Positions 47,544 through 60,900 of a stretch of DNA of 64,000 nt are shown one piece after another (position 1 is the stretch's first letter; the number at the start of each line of letters is the position of its first letter). The notes under the pieces are model-generated. The model had not been told where the DNA came from. It was given only the letters and a program-made list of their open reading frames with translations, and searched no databases. This stretch comes from Perkinsus chesapeaki ATCC PRA-425 (lineage: Eukaryota; Protista; Perkinsozoa): NCBI GenBank assembly GCA_013115145.1, contig JAAPAO010000053.1, positions 36,717 through 100,716 on the forward strand. Direction: 5' to 3'. The translations under genes and the position numbers were made by a program.

Positions 47544-48484
47544 AAAACAACTAATGAGGGGAGTGATAAGCATATGGATTCCCCGGGGGAATCGTAACTT
47601 AGAGACGCGGTGACTGCAGTTTCAGCAGAATAGGAGCCAGGTTAGGACCACGTCAGAGTTCTTAAGAGCCGTATTTGCCTAGCAGTTAGTCCGGTGGTAT
47701 AACTCCCGAACGACCCAGGTTCTAACTAATCCCAGGAAGGGTTAAAAACGAAGTTTAGGGGAAGCGAATGGTGATTTTCGGGCTGCGCAGCCGCCGGCGA
47801 ATTTCTTGCAAAAGACAAACAACTTGACAACGCAACTACAAAGCACAGTGAGAAGACAACCATTCTCAGCTAGTAGCTGACATCTAGCTAGACTGACAAA
47901 GTTATATAGCAAGATAGAAGGCAATCGGGACCCCAACTCCCGCCGTGATGCACAGCCCGAGGGTGACCTGCACAACGATGGAGACAGAATAACGCGCAAC
48001 GTCGGGAAGTGAGAGGGTACCTCCGAGGCCCCAGAGCGAAACTACGCCGCGAAGTCCGTTAAGGAACCTGCACTCCACTTATCGCTTTTTATCGGCACGA
48101 CGCAGCCCAAGAAAGTCCTTATTCTGCCTGTAGAACCTCTTCTCCCCGTGGAGAGGGGATACTGCAGCAACTGTTTCGTTACCTTGTGTTGCGAATGATG
48201 CAACGACAGCAGCTAGCACGATGGACTCAGATATTTCACGGAGCATCGAGCCCACTAGGGAAGACCTCGGACAGAATGTGGGAGCTTTTCCAAGACCTCA
48301 GGCTAGACTGGATATTCCCTGGGAATGAGTCACCCCTCCCGATGGAGGCAATTGTGCATGCACGCATGCGTAATGTGGTTTGAACTGCAATGGCCACCAC
48401 GGCTGTGTCACAGGTCTGAGCCTTCCGTTGGCTATATCGCGGACTATTTCTCGTACTTGCGGTCACCCAGGTTCGTGTTCCGCC

Positions 48485-48867
48485 ATGATGCTCATCAAAC
48501 TTTCGTTCGTGGTGCTATGTGCAATAGATATTCCTATAATTAACGCCCTGTGTGATGACACCGTGAAGCAAACACTCGGTTACCTAGACGGCGGATCTGA
48601 TGCCCAGTACAGCTTCTCACGAAAGTTTGTAGAGTATGTTTCTTGTCGTCAGACTATTCTACTGGTTCTTCGAGTCACGTGGGCCGGGGGTGACAGGAGA
48701 TACCGCCCCCCCCCCCACCCCCCGTTTTTTTAAGGGGGGGGCGGGGGGGCGCACGCAGGTCCCGCGGGTTTTGGGGTATTGTGGGCCCAGGCTAAAAAAA
48801 AGGGGTNNNNNNNNNCAGAATAGTAAACAATCAAGTAATGATACATTTATATACATATATATTTTTT

Positions 48868-48909
<42 letters not shown>

Positions 48910-50889
48910 TTTTTTTTTTATTTTTTTTTTTTTTTTTGTTGGGGGGCGGTTTTTTCTTTTATTTTCGGGCCACCAGCCCAACCCTCGTTTATTTCCAGGG
49001 AGGGCCTGGAGGCAGCAGCATGTACGCGCTTGTTTCGGGTAATGGTGGACCATGCATACTAAATCGGGATGGTAACAGTACATCACTGAATGAGTAGTTT
49101 CCCATGGGCTACTTTCATGTATGATTCGATGTACTCAGGTACTCCTACAATACCTTCGCAAATGTGCTGTATCTCGATCAGCCTGCTTCGACAGGCTTTA
49201 GTAAAGGGAAAATTCCAAAGAACTCAGTTGAGGCTGCTACAGCCAGGTAGTTGTTGCTCTCTGTTCCAGAGGGCATATTCTGCTACCTTCAGTTTACGTG
49301 CCTTGGAGTTTTTTTTCGCTAAGCACCCGAGATATAATACTGAAGTATTCTTTATTGGTCAGTCCTATGCCGGTGAGGGGTCTGGGTTGGATCATCAGTG
49401 TGCAACTCACGCTCTACTAGCCCTGGCGATTAACGATATTTGGTAGGTCATTATATCCCACCTTTAGCTCAGCTCACGGTTACCAGTAAGTCGCTAATCA
49501 AGCTGAGAGGCGTCATTTTGGGAAACAGCGGAGTTAATGACATGCTACAGTAAGTGATACGCCTCCCAACTCACCGCAACCCATCGCTACTTAGGTATAT
49601 TTCAATGCCGACAATGGGGTACTCTAGTGGTACGACTCGAAGTGTCCTCACGGAGACTGAGTGGGGAACGCTAATAGGCAAGTTTTAACTGATGAACTTC
49701 TTTCCAGGTACCAGCTCATGCTTAAAGCCTTACGGAGACTTTTATCGGACATGCAAAGTTGCCTCGACAATAAAGATAGGAAAAAGCTGTGCAAAAAGGC
49801 ATCCGACGACTCCTTGTCTGACATGCTACAACCAATCAGGCGGAAAAATATAGATCTGTATGTCACTGGACATAACGAACATTAAGCAAACTTTGACCCC
49901 TTCGACATTGCGATCGTTGGGAAATCGAACACTCTCTGTTAATTTCACTAACTCCTTTGTAGGTTTGATCTTCGCCTCCAGTGCACTGAACCGGCACCTG
50001 GATGTCAATACAGAAAGAATGTGAGCTCTTTAACCGCTGCTTATAGGACTCGTGCAATTAGAATAGTGTGTGGAATTCCGTGAGCTGTACCAGCTTGGAT
50101 AAACGATCGTCCATTCCTCGTCAGTTCGCGGTTTACTTTAATAGTAGGGAGGTCCAACAGTATCTTAAAGTCAAGACGAAGTGGATACTGTCCAACACAA
50201 AGGTGATCACTTGAACATCCTCACTACTTACAAGCCATGCTACACTCGCCTTCTCACCGATAACTGGTGATTCGTTGTATAGGTATTCGACGCATTCATC
50301 TCGGACTTCCCGGTTGACTACAGTCCACATCTGGCTATGCTCCTGAATGAAGGTCTACGGGTAGGTCGTTTATTTAATTTTGATCGTAGCCTGTTGTAAA
50401 ATGTTATATTCCCAGGTCATGATATATGCGGGAGACCAAGATTATATGTGCAACTGGATAGGGAGCCGCGACATGGCTTCTGATATTCCGTGGAGTGGTC
50501 GGGATGGATTCTCAAAGGCCCCGGATACTTTGTACTCTGTAAGCAGTGTTACCTCTTCGACCTGAGGATAACTATCCTTTAATAACACCTCCAGCATGAT
50601 AGCGACTCGGTATTCAGTGCAAATATAGTCTCCTTTCAACTGCGATAGCACACGTTGGTCGGTCTTACCATGTCTTCTTTCAGTTACCAAGTGGGAAACA
50701 AATTGGAAAACTGAGAATCTTCACTTCTGCAGCTACAGGGGGACAACTTAGCTTTGCTCAGGTAGGATGTCCTTCATCGATGCTATCATTTCATTTTAGA
50801 TCTTCGAAGCTGGTCATAGTGCTGCAAAAGATTCACCAGAAGGAGTGCTCCAGCTTGTGTCAGACTTCGCACTCGGTCGCCTAGTTTGA
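48485..50889 (+). CDS. Serine carboxypeptidase, peptidase family S10, secreted, multi-exon
   Basis: Signal peptide MMLIKLSFVVLCAI, FYWFFESR, FQGGPGGSS, GQSYAG (Ser), YAGDQDYMCNWIG (Asp) and FEAGH (His). Confidence 0.9.
48705..48960. other. Low-quality contig-end sequence (homopolymer C/G/T runs around a 9-nt N gap)
   Basis: Long poly-C, poly-G, poly-A and poly-T runs flanking N at 48807-48815 inside the peptidase gene. Confidence 0.85.
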
Positions 50890-52049
50890 TATTGCCGATT
50901 TGATAATATGCTTTAGCTGATATATCTGTAGCGCCAAGTCGTTCTTCAGCATCATGCTGCTGCTAAGGAAGAGTTCAACTCCCGTGCCAGCCAAATAGCC
51001 GGGAATAGCTCATTCCTTCAACCAACCGTTTATCCACTCAATGTAATCAATCCCGACTTAGTCGTCGACACAGTGATTACTTAAACCCCATTTTAGAAGC
51101 ATTAGGTCCGCTTAAGGATCAATGAAGTATTGTGTTCAAATGTCAAGGTTTGAAAGTGCCGCAGTACTATCAGTAGCGTGACGCTACTAGTGTCCAAATC
51201 TTCGAAGGGACCCGTGTGTCAGCACTAGACTCGAATCCGTCACACGAATGACACCGAAGTATTCAAGCCGAAATTATTCCACTTTATCAAAACTACACTT
51301 TTATAGGTGACATTTTTTGTAAAACATACAATTTCTCTCGTGCCCTCAATGTCCGTACTTCTCTTAAGCTCGCGTCGTTAACTAGGCTATGTTGGATGAC
51401 CAAATCTTGTGACCACATCTTGGTGGGCATCACCATTTCGACTACCTCACGGTCACCTCGATGAACATATAGTACCAGGCTTGGCCCTTGATTAGGTTGA
51501 TAGATTTGCAAAGTTTGTGTGATCATATCCTACCGGCACGGACTATCAGCGTCAATTTGGACCCTTCCCAGTACCCCCTGTAGCCCAGTTAGATAGATAC
51601 TCGAGTTGATTATACAACTGATTAACTTATGGTTGACGCAATAGCGGCTAGCAGCTGTTGGGAGGACGGAGGTTAAGTGGTCGAGTGGGCATGCACTCGA
51701 ACTGCCGAAAGAGAGAATTAGAGCATCGAAACGAGCAGGGATGGTAGCATTCTGCTGCGTGCAAAGGACAGCATAGAGAAAGTGCCGACGCACAAGCAAA
51801 GCAATCCATCGATCAAAGCTTATTCACTTACTAAAAACAAAATGAGAGAAAAAAGAACAGAAAACATGTCCTACATAACGTCTACACTCGTCAAATCGCG
51901 CACGATTCCCAGCAGCCTAGTTCTTATGCCCACCTTTCATGGAACGTGCATTATTTCTCCAGAACGCGGACACCTGCTTATTCGTGACTCACGAATAAGT
52001 GCGTTGCTCGCTCTTTCAATGAGTGTGATTAATGTGGTCTTTAACTCCT

Positions 52050-52749
52050 GAATCTAGGAGATGTGACAGACCATTGACAATATCAATGCTCTATTCTTTG
52101 GGCAGGTGGAAATGGCTGGTCATCAACTTGCGTTTCATGGGTTGCAGAGTGTAACTATGCCCTCTCAACGGGACTATCAGCACCGATTATGTAGTTACTT
52201 GAATGTTGGACGAAAGTACATCATATGGACAAGTCCCGAATTATGATGAGGTTGGTGATGATGATGCGCAGAGATACATGCGATGCCAGTGGCGCAGGTT
52301 CGCGCAGTTGGCACACGATGTGACGCCGACTTACGCGGACACTTCCTACTCCGTAAGGGACTCTACTCCTTTATGCTTCCAACTGAGAATAACACTTGGT
52401 CGCTGTCACCGACAGCGAAGCGGTCAATAAATTGGATTTGGCTGTGCTAGTGTTGATATTCACACTGACTAATATGATACCTATGACGTCTCGGTATCGA
52501 TATAGTGACGCTGAATTGCGATATCACACCATGATTCCCATTCAGCTACCGGGCGGACAACAAGTTGGTAAACTGAAGAGCTTTACTTCTACTACAGGAG
52601 GGCAGCTCACCTTTGCTCAGGTAATCTGGTGGTCGTGCATGCAATTGATCACGGTTTAGGTCTTCAATGCTGGTCATGATGCTGCGAAAGATTCTCCAGA
52701 AGCAGTGCTGCAGCTTGTGTCCGACTTCGTACGCAGGAGGATCCATTGA
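52050..52749 (+). pseudogene. 5'-truncated, degenerate paralog of the upstream S10 carboxypeptidase
   Basis: Last exon VFNAGHDAAKDSPEAVLQLVSDF is closely similar to IFEAGHSAAKDSPEGVLQLVSDF of the upstream gene; no GGPG, GxSYxG or GDxD motif found. Confidence 0.65.
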
Positions 52750-53399
52750 TGCTGTACAGCGTTTGAAAGGTCTACAAAACCTGAGCCGCTGTTGATTACA
52801 TATCTTTACTGTTATAGTGTTATACCTCAGATACGTATGAATTACTTTTGAAGAATGTCATGCTTTGCGCTTCTACATCTGATGCTGCTAGGGGCGTCAG
52901 CATATGATATCGGTCATGTTTTTGCTATTTCTGTGGGTGTAGATAACTTGGGGCGCAGGGATTGCTGAATCCTCCTGGAAGCTTAGGTTTATAAAGGTCG
53001 TGATTTCTCAGTAATCAAAGACGCCCATTAGTAGTGACTCACTGCTAGTGAGCCACTAGTCACCAGTTCTTCTTTCGTCCTATATGAGCCCGTATCTATT
53101 CTATGACGATGCTGTGGGAATCCCGGGCACTTTAGGCCATTCTATTATAAGGGTCCTTTTACTGATCTCCTGTGAGTCGCGTTACTAGAAAGTCGGCTAA
53201 TATCACGTTTGCTCGAGAACCTGGCGACGACGGTGATGGGGATAGATCAATATCGGAGCATTTGATAAAGATGGAACACAGCACCGCCCTCGAACTTGAT
53301 ACTTGAGCTTTAGGTCTTGATGCTCCATCGTCTCATTGAAACGATACTCCACCCCTGAGCATCGATGGCGAATGTGTTAGAGATATTTATTATTTAGTA

Positions 53400-54314
53400 G
53401 TTCTCATGATGCCGTCTACGACTATTTTCTTTCTGGCGACGACTGTCTGTTGCCTCGAAGAGTTTCGATTCTTCCGGTGCGACTCTTGCCGCGCGAGCCT
53501 ACATCAAGTCAACGCAGCACTAAAGGCTTTGCCGCCTAGACGAAGCAAGGTCCTTCCCGAGCACGAGTAGGGCTGGTTGGATACCTCTATGCAACCATTA
53601 AAGTTCGGCTCCAGGACAGATGCTTCATTTATTCGAATGTGGATAAGTGCTTATTAATTGCAAACGGATAGGTACGTTGAACTCATGGATAATGTCTGCC
53701 ACAACAGGATGACAAAAGATCTTTATGGGGTTCGGTCTTTCAATGGACGCTCATATCTTTTTGGTCCAGGAGTTAAAGATCATATCAATGGCCAAGGATT
53801 TGGGCAGATGGGAATGGTAGGTCACCGAGTTCTCTGCGCTGTACGAGTGTAGTATGTTCTCTCAGGGAGATTATGATCATCGACTACGTAGTTACTGCAT
53901 TATGTTCCTGGAGAACTTCGATGAGACGTCATTATATGAACAGTATCGAAGTCATGGCGAGGTCAGTGATGGAGTCGCCGGTTCGGGCCGCAAAATTATC
54001 TGCTTGCGAACTTTGTGTATAACCGTCTGTTCATCGCATGAACCCCCCCCCCCCCCCCGGACTCCGTGTAGATACTGGTGGACGAGAATTGTGCAGGAGA
54101 ATGTCAGTCCGACGCCAGCGGCATGGGACCAACTCCCTCCCGAGAGAAGAATGGTGACCCCCTGGCCAAGGATGGGACTTCTACCGAAGGCGCTGATGGA
54201 AGATTCTCCCAAATACTTGCTGAAATTCGCCTTCTATCGGTCGACGATAAAAAGAGGGTGAAAGCAGAGTTGGAGCTGATGCTGGGTGATACTCATGCGT
54301 ATGGTGAGCTGTAA
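53400..54314 (+). CDS. Hypothetical multi-exon protein
   Basis: Exon-like ORFs 53658..53852, 53854.. and 54078..54314 joined by GT-AG introns; ends ...AELELMLGDTHAYGEL*. Confidence 0.45.
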
Positions 54315-54979
54315 CATTTTCTGACTATTGAAGTTGAGTTACCGGACAAAACCCCACTCGGGTAACCGTCTCTGCCTTTGCCTTGGCAATTTCTGTTCAT
54401 CTTGACGAGTCACGTGTGAGCCCCTCGGACTTCGAACTTATCAGTTATCGTCACGAGTGCTCATTTTGAGTTCAGCAACTGGTAAAGTGGCCTTGCTAAG
54501 TGCCACGCCTTATATCGGATGTTGCGGAGTGGAAAGTGTGGATGTCATTGACACTTCACTTAAGTGATGTCTTTCCGGAACGATTCATGTTGGAGGGCTT
54601 CTCCTCGAGCTACGCCCTAGCCGTTGTTCCATCGCTCCGTTGTCTCTGGTGGTGTCGCTCAAGCCCCACATGGGTGAGGTATGTTGACTCACAGAACGTA
54701 ATGTTGTAACTAGTCGACTTCGTCAATAGACCCACTGGATCTGACCCAGTGAGATGATAGAGTTTAAGTTCAGGTCTAGGGCGGTTATATAACAATGTAT
54801 TTCTCCCGTGCAAGTTGAATGAGTAGTGCATATTCCCAAGACTAAAATAACTCTTTCGATCCGTTGCTGGTTTCCGTATAAGCTTTACGCCTTTCTGTCT
54901 ACACAGTACTATAGCTGTAATAGAGCCACTGAGGAGTGATAACTCAACAGTGAAAGTCCACCATTGAGACGGCACTAGC

Positions 54980-57900
54980 TCATCCGTCCGGTGCTTCAGA
55001 CGACTGGTTTACATGGACAAAACTCGGGAATGTTCTTTGGCGATATGCATCGAGTGCAGCACGGAGCCTAAAGTCATCTTACATAACCAGGAACAAGTAC
55101 AGGTTCTGGCAACCCACTTTTGTATCTCTCTGGCGTGACTACGCGCCATGTCTATCTGCTCTCTACGGAGCCTACTGTCGGCAAACCTCGCTTGAGCTTG
55201 TTGAATTTCCCGCATATCTTCCTCTATACGGCCTCCACCTCCTACTGGGATACGTCGCTCTCCTGCACGATGTCTAAAGGAAAGAAGTGCAATATAGAAC
55301 CTTCGATTCTGCGCCGTACATGGAGCCAACTTGGCTTTCTTCTCCAGCGTGTCCATCACTGAGCTCTTTGATGGCTTCTCGCTGGAGTACAGTCCGCTGT
55401 AGCTCCTCAGCCTTGTATCGAAGCTCCTGATAAGCAAAGTCGTAAGCTCGCCGAAGGACTTCGGCTCAATATGTCACCGTACCTCATTCTCCTTGCGTTT
55501 GCCTTCGTTTTTCCGCTTCATTTCTTCGAACTGAAGGGAATAGGAAAATCACCTCATCAGTAGACCTTCATGAATACTTGTGAAATATAATTATATGCAT
55601 TGCAGTTTTGTAGCTACGACCGATCCCAGATTTTATGGACGGACCTTTATCGTGCCACGGACTCTCCGCACGAGTCGGGCACCAAGTGTATCCGTGGCTG
55701 ATAGAGAAGAGACTCACCTCCTTTATCAAAGCTACTTCTTTCTCAGCACCGCTCTTTTCAACTTTCTCTATCAACTGAGTTAGCGCCTCCTCCGCGTTCT
55801 TCCGCTGTTTCCTGTCTTCAGGGTTAGTATTGTATTCTGAGTTGTACTCAGCTGAATCCATTCGCCGACGTGGGCATACCAGATAGTGCCGTCTGCAGGT
55901 CTTTTGTGACCCTCATCATTTGGATGTCTTTCGATCTCTCCTCGAGATCCTGCAGGGAAGTCGTATGTCGGATGAAGATATAATGAGTCATAAAGTGACC
56001 TCTCTCTTGAGAACCAATACCGCTTGTTCCCACTCTAGCAGGCTCAGCCTTTTTCGGAAGTTCTTTATCTTATGCAAGACTGCTAGCTTCTCCTTAGCCA
56101 AAGCAATAATGTGCCTTTCACTCGACATCAGGTTCTCCAACGATATCTTGATGACTTGCCTGTTCCTAACTTCGATTGTCTCTTCCGTCGGTACAATTAT
56201 GGCATCGCCGTAGTCGGTGACTACAGGTGCTTCCGGGACCTCAATCAAAACCTGAGTATCACTAGTGATGCTGAGACAGAGTAAGAGGCTTACCTGTCTA
56301 GCCATCAGAGGCACTTCGATATCAAATTTCTCTTCTAGCATTATCTCCCTATGTGATGCCAGTTGTTGGAGCAATGTTCTCTCTTCGAACATGGCATTCT
56401 CCAGCCTGCATGCAATAGTATTTGGTTCGGGATTATCTATAGCATTTCTCACCTCAGTTGATGGAACCACTGACGTCTGTTAGCAATATCTATCAACTCA
56501 TTCATCCTGCGGATTTCCAGGTCCAACGCGCACCTGCTCGAGCCAGTAACATCTGTACCCACATGCGCGTCCCAAAGCACCGGTCCTGGCGGAGCCTCAT
56601 GGCTTCATCGAAGAGATCTTCTTCGATTCCATCTGGGCAGTCGTCCGGATACTTGAAGGTGATAATCTGACAGGATTTCTATGCTCCTTATCAACGGACT
56701 GGTCGATACATCATCAATTGAAGGAGTGCTCAATTGGTAGTCGGCTGGCTCGTCCGAATAGGAGGCCCCTGATTCCAACCAAGTGAGGCCGCATCTCACG
56801 TGTTTGCCGCACCCTTGCTCTCTGCACGTGTCTCAGCTATACGTGAACGTGATGTTTGTCGTTGGAACAAGTTGTGCGACAGCTAAATGTGAAAGCTTTA
56901 AACGGTCCCGATCAGCGCTTACATGTGAACTTGTGTGGGATTTCCTACGAGAGGCGATTTCGTGATCCTGGAGAAGGTGAAATCTACTGCAGCAGGAGGA
57001 ACGCTTCGATTACGTTGCTCACGTCCTCGCCGGGCAGGGTGGTCCGAAAAAGTGCCAGCAGCTCATTAAAGGTCTCCGTGTCCATTCCTGAAGGTTAAGG
57101 GAATCTCATGCCAAACGAGCGCCTACCCGTATTGACGCACGAGAACTTCTGCTTGAAATAGGCAACCTGAGATATAATACTTTACCGCCGTAGTAGGCAC
57201 GATTCGAAGGGAGCCTCACACAATCCCTCTCTTGTCTGACAATCTCATCTGTTGCCTTCTCCAGATCGCGCACCACGGCGGAGAAACTATCGTACTCTTC
57301 GCGGCAGTCTGTTACCTGCATTATGCATTCAACTTGATCCGGCGACCTTTATGAATAATCGACTCGCATACAAGACGAACGTATTAGAGGGATTCAATCG
57401 GTAACATTCGGACCTTTTGCCGAACATGTGCGATCTTAGCGTTCATCTCGACCAGTGTGGCTTTATCCTCGGCCGCCTGCCGCAGTGCAAGGTCGTGGTG
57501 TAGAACCAGCAGCTCTTGTGTCAGGCTGAGGCTAAACTCGCACCATCCAGTGGCCACAGCCTACATCTTGAGATCGGTATCGACTCTCGTTTGGTACAGA
57601 TTTTTGAGAAGCCCGTTATCAAAGGCAGCAATGAGCTCTCTTATTTCGCCCTTCAGCTGAGCCAGCTCGTCCCCCAGTTGCGTTCTGTACGCCTCCTAAA
57701 GAGAATGATAGATAGCAAGAGTAACGGGTAAGGTTAGGTCACCTGTTCCACTGCAAGGGTCTTCTCTCTAGCAAGTTGATCGGCAAGCGCTATCTGAAGC
57801 ATTAATCAGGATGGGGGAGTTATCAGTTCCTCAGAAGAACAACCACGGTATGCCACAGACCGTGTCCGACCTTTTGCTCTTCATCCATCTCTTCCTCGGG

Positions 57901-60900
57901 GGTCGTATCCATCCAGTCTTCCCTTTCCAAACGGACCTTCTCACCAGGCTTCATTCAGTAAGAGATAGTGCTTTACTTCCAAGGGACTCAGATCCTTCTT
58001 AGTCTTCAGTGTGCCTCCCATCATTGTCACTAGAGCCTTCTGCTGCCCGCCATCACCTTCCTGTAGCTTCCGTAAGCGTTCGGCCTCAGCAGCAGCCTCC
58101 ATGTCCTGTCCAAAGCCGTCGTATGGGTTAGAATCATCACAGCTCACCAAGCGGGCCTGCTCTTCTTTGCTGATCCACTTTTTCGACTTGATTTCCTTTT
58201 CGTCTACTTCTAAGATCGATTCAGGCCGCTGAAGGGAAGAATACTCCCGTCAAACCCAGGCGGGTCATCGACTGGTGGAACATGACCAGTGCGAGCAGCA
58301 CTCACTTCGCCAGATGGCGCATCGCATCCTGTTGGGTCGGTCGGCGGTACTTCCTCAGATCCGAGCTCGGTAAGTATAGCTCGGATCCTATGGAACCTCT
58401 CGGAAATATGCTGCAAGCATGCAGAGGTGAGCACGCTGACGTCGACACCGCGATACCCACTTCCATCGTTTTGGCCTTCTCGGCCTTCACTTTTTTGAAT
58501 ACCCCATTGAATGCTCTCTTGTACTCCATGCACATCTCTTTTAAAAAGTGCACTTGGGTCCTGTAACCGTGATGTGGAGGTAGTAGGTGGATGAAAAACG
58601 GCCAAACGAGATACATTAAGTAGACTTGACTATATGAATCATGCCTGGTATAACTCTATTTGATTCACTTGTTGAGGTAATAAAGGCTCTTTCAATCAGC
58701 TTCATCTCTACTGCATTCGGAGTCGTATTGCTCGACATATATGCGCTATATAGTAAAAGTAAGCACGTCTCCCTCCTAGACGTTAAGGGTTGAAGTAGGC
58801 AAGATGAACTGAAGACCCGGTTCCAGGGATACCTCCTCCGAGGGCAGCTGACGAGTTCCATCGGGTCATACAGGAAATCTACGCTCGTCGTCTCACTAGC
58901 CAGGAGACACGGATACGCTATGCCGGCGTCTGTAATTTGAACCCCAAATGAGCTTCCTGTCTGCCTCATGGCAGATGCATCTAGGAGGGAAAAGTTGTCC
59001 GAGACGAGCGTGAATGGTGACTGTCACCTTGACTATGTACGTCGGTAGCCGAGCCAGGTGCTTCCTCAAGAGCCTTAGCCGACTCCGACGGCACAAGTTC
59101 TACCAGGATAAATGAGACTGCATCAGCAATTCGGGCTCACTTGTTATTTCTTCGGGCATCTCCCATCGACATTTGCCCCAGTTGATAAGGTACTCTTCCT
59201 CACCAACACATACGTTTGTGGGATTCAGTGCATCGTCCTCGACCGGCAGAGGGCAGTCGCATACGATATCGGTCAGCCAAAGAGACTCGCGAGCCTGGGC
59301 GTCTCGCAGGACCTGCATTCAGCAGCGCTTTCCGACTCTGTTGCGGTCTTGTTACTCGAAGCTTCTTGAGCAGGGGATTCGAGCTGTCCGGAGCTGATGT
59401 ACCCGAGCGGAAAGAGTAATTAGCCACACTCAGTTTGCTGCTTCCATCGATAGCGTGAAGCTGAGCTTGCTGTACCTCCATGGGCTCCCAGAATTCACCC
59501 ACGAGGCAATCTCGGAGCGCCGCCCTTGCAGAGATTTCATCCTGATAGGATGCATCTCTAGCGTGTCGGCTAACACTTTCCTCACTTTCAGTTTTTGCCT
59601 CAACTCGCGCGATTTCCGATCGCACTCGTCGGCGACTTCCTGTTGGGCCTCAAAATCAATGCACATCTCATGCCTTTCAAGCTTCTCCTCTTCTGGCCCA
59701 GTCTGGTTCGCCTCAACGACTTTCCTCAGTTTCTCTCGAAGTTCGGCCACCTCCTGCTGCGCCTTCTGGACGAGCTCGATGCGGCGAGCCTCTCGGCCAT
59801 CCAGGCTTCTCCGAACGGCGACTGCATTCTCAACTCGGTTCATGTGCTCTTCCTTGCTCCATGGTACAAGTTCGGAATCGTTGATTAGCCTTTTGGGCTG
59901 GGTGTCGCCCTCTAGCGCCAGCTCTCGGACTTCTGGCAACACGGTGAAGGTTGCAGGCAGAGCCGCATGTTCTCCAGGATGCGGGAGGCGCCACAAAGCC
60001 ATGCCGTCGCAACCCACACTGGAAGCCACTAGTCCGTCAATCACAGCGAGCGCTGTCACACCGCAGTGGTCAAGTTGAAGGCTTTCGACCGTTGAGGAAT
60101 GACCGTTTCGTAGCGAGATGGAATGGACTGTTCCATCCGAGGATGTCACCACCAAAGTATCCCCATCTCTCGACAGTTTCTGGACAGGGCGATCCCCTTT
60201 GTGAAGGACTCTTGCCAGGGGTAACTCGACTACATCGGTCATATCGGTAGGGTAAGAGTACAGCGCAACCTCGCCTGCAGCATTGGCGATTATTAGCTGT
60301 TCGCTGTATGACTCCATGGCAGTGATTTTCGAGGCGCACGGAACTTGATACTCATTAAAAGTGATATTGCTCGGATTCAGGAGCCCATCCACCAATCTGT
60401 CGAGCGTAAAGCTGACCGTTAAGACAGCAGCTCCGCGACCACTGGTGACGGCTATGATTAACAAAGACCCTTTCCACCCGACACTTGTGACGGTACGACC
60501 ATCCAGGATGTCATTAAAGGCCTTTGCGGCGCTGATGTGGTATACCACGCTGAGAAGTCCGGCCTTTCCTCTGAGAGTCAGGAGGAAAAGTTGGCCATCT
60601 TCCAAGAGAGCATAGCAGACTTCACTGCCACCAGGGAATGGTGTGATGCCAATATCCACCACCGGTGAGTTTGCGAGCTTTGTAGCTGAGCTTTCTAGCC
60701 CTCGGGACACGTCCAGGACCACCGGATTGTTGTCGTGAAGTTCAATGGTTTGGACAACGCCGTTTTCACTGCCCACTACCACTGTGCGAGACGATGATGA
60801 AGAAGCCAAGCAATTAATGGGAGCGTGACGCGCTTGAAGGAATGTCAGGTACGGGTAGAGGCCAATGTCGTCCGCAGAGGCTCCCACCATGCGAATAGCT

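Noticed and set aside
48705-48960. Poly-Phe/poly-Lys ORFs and G/C runs
   Set aside because: Read-end sequencing noise around an N gap, not biological low-complexity coding sequence
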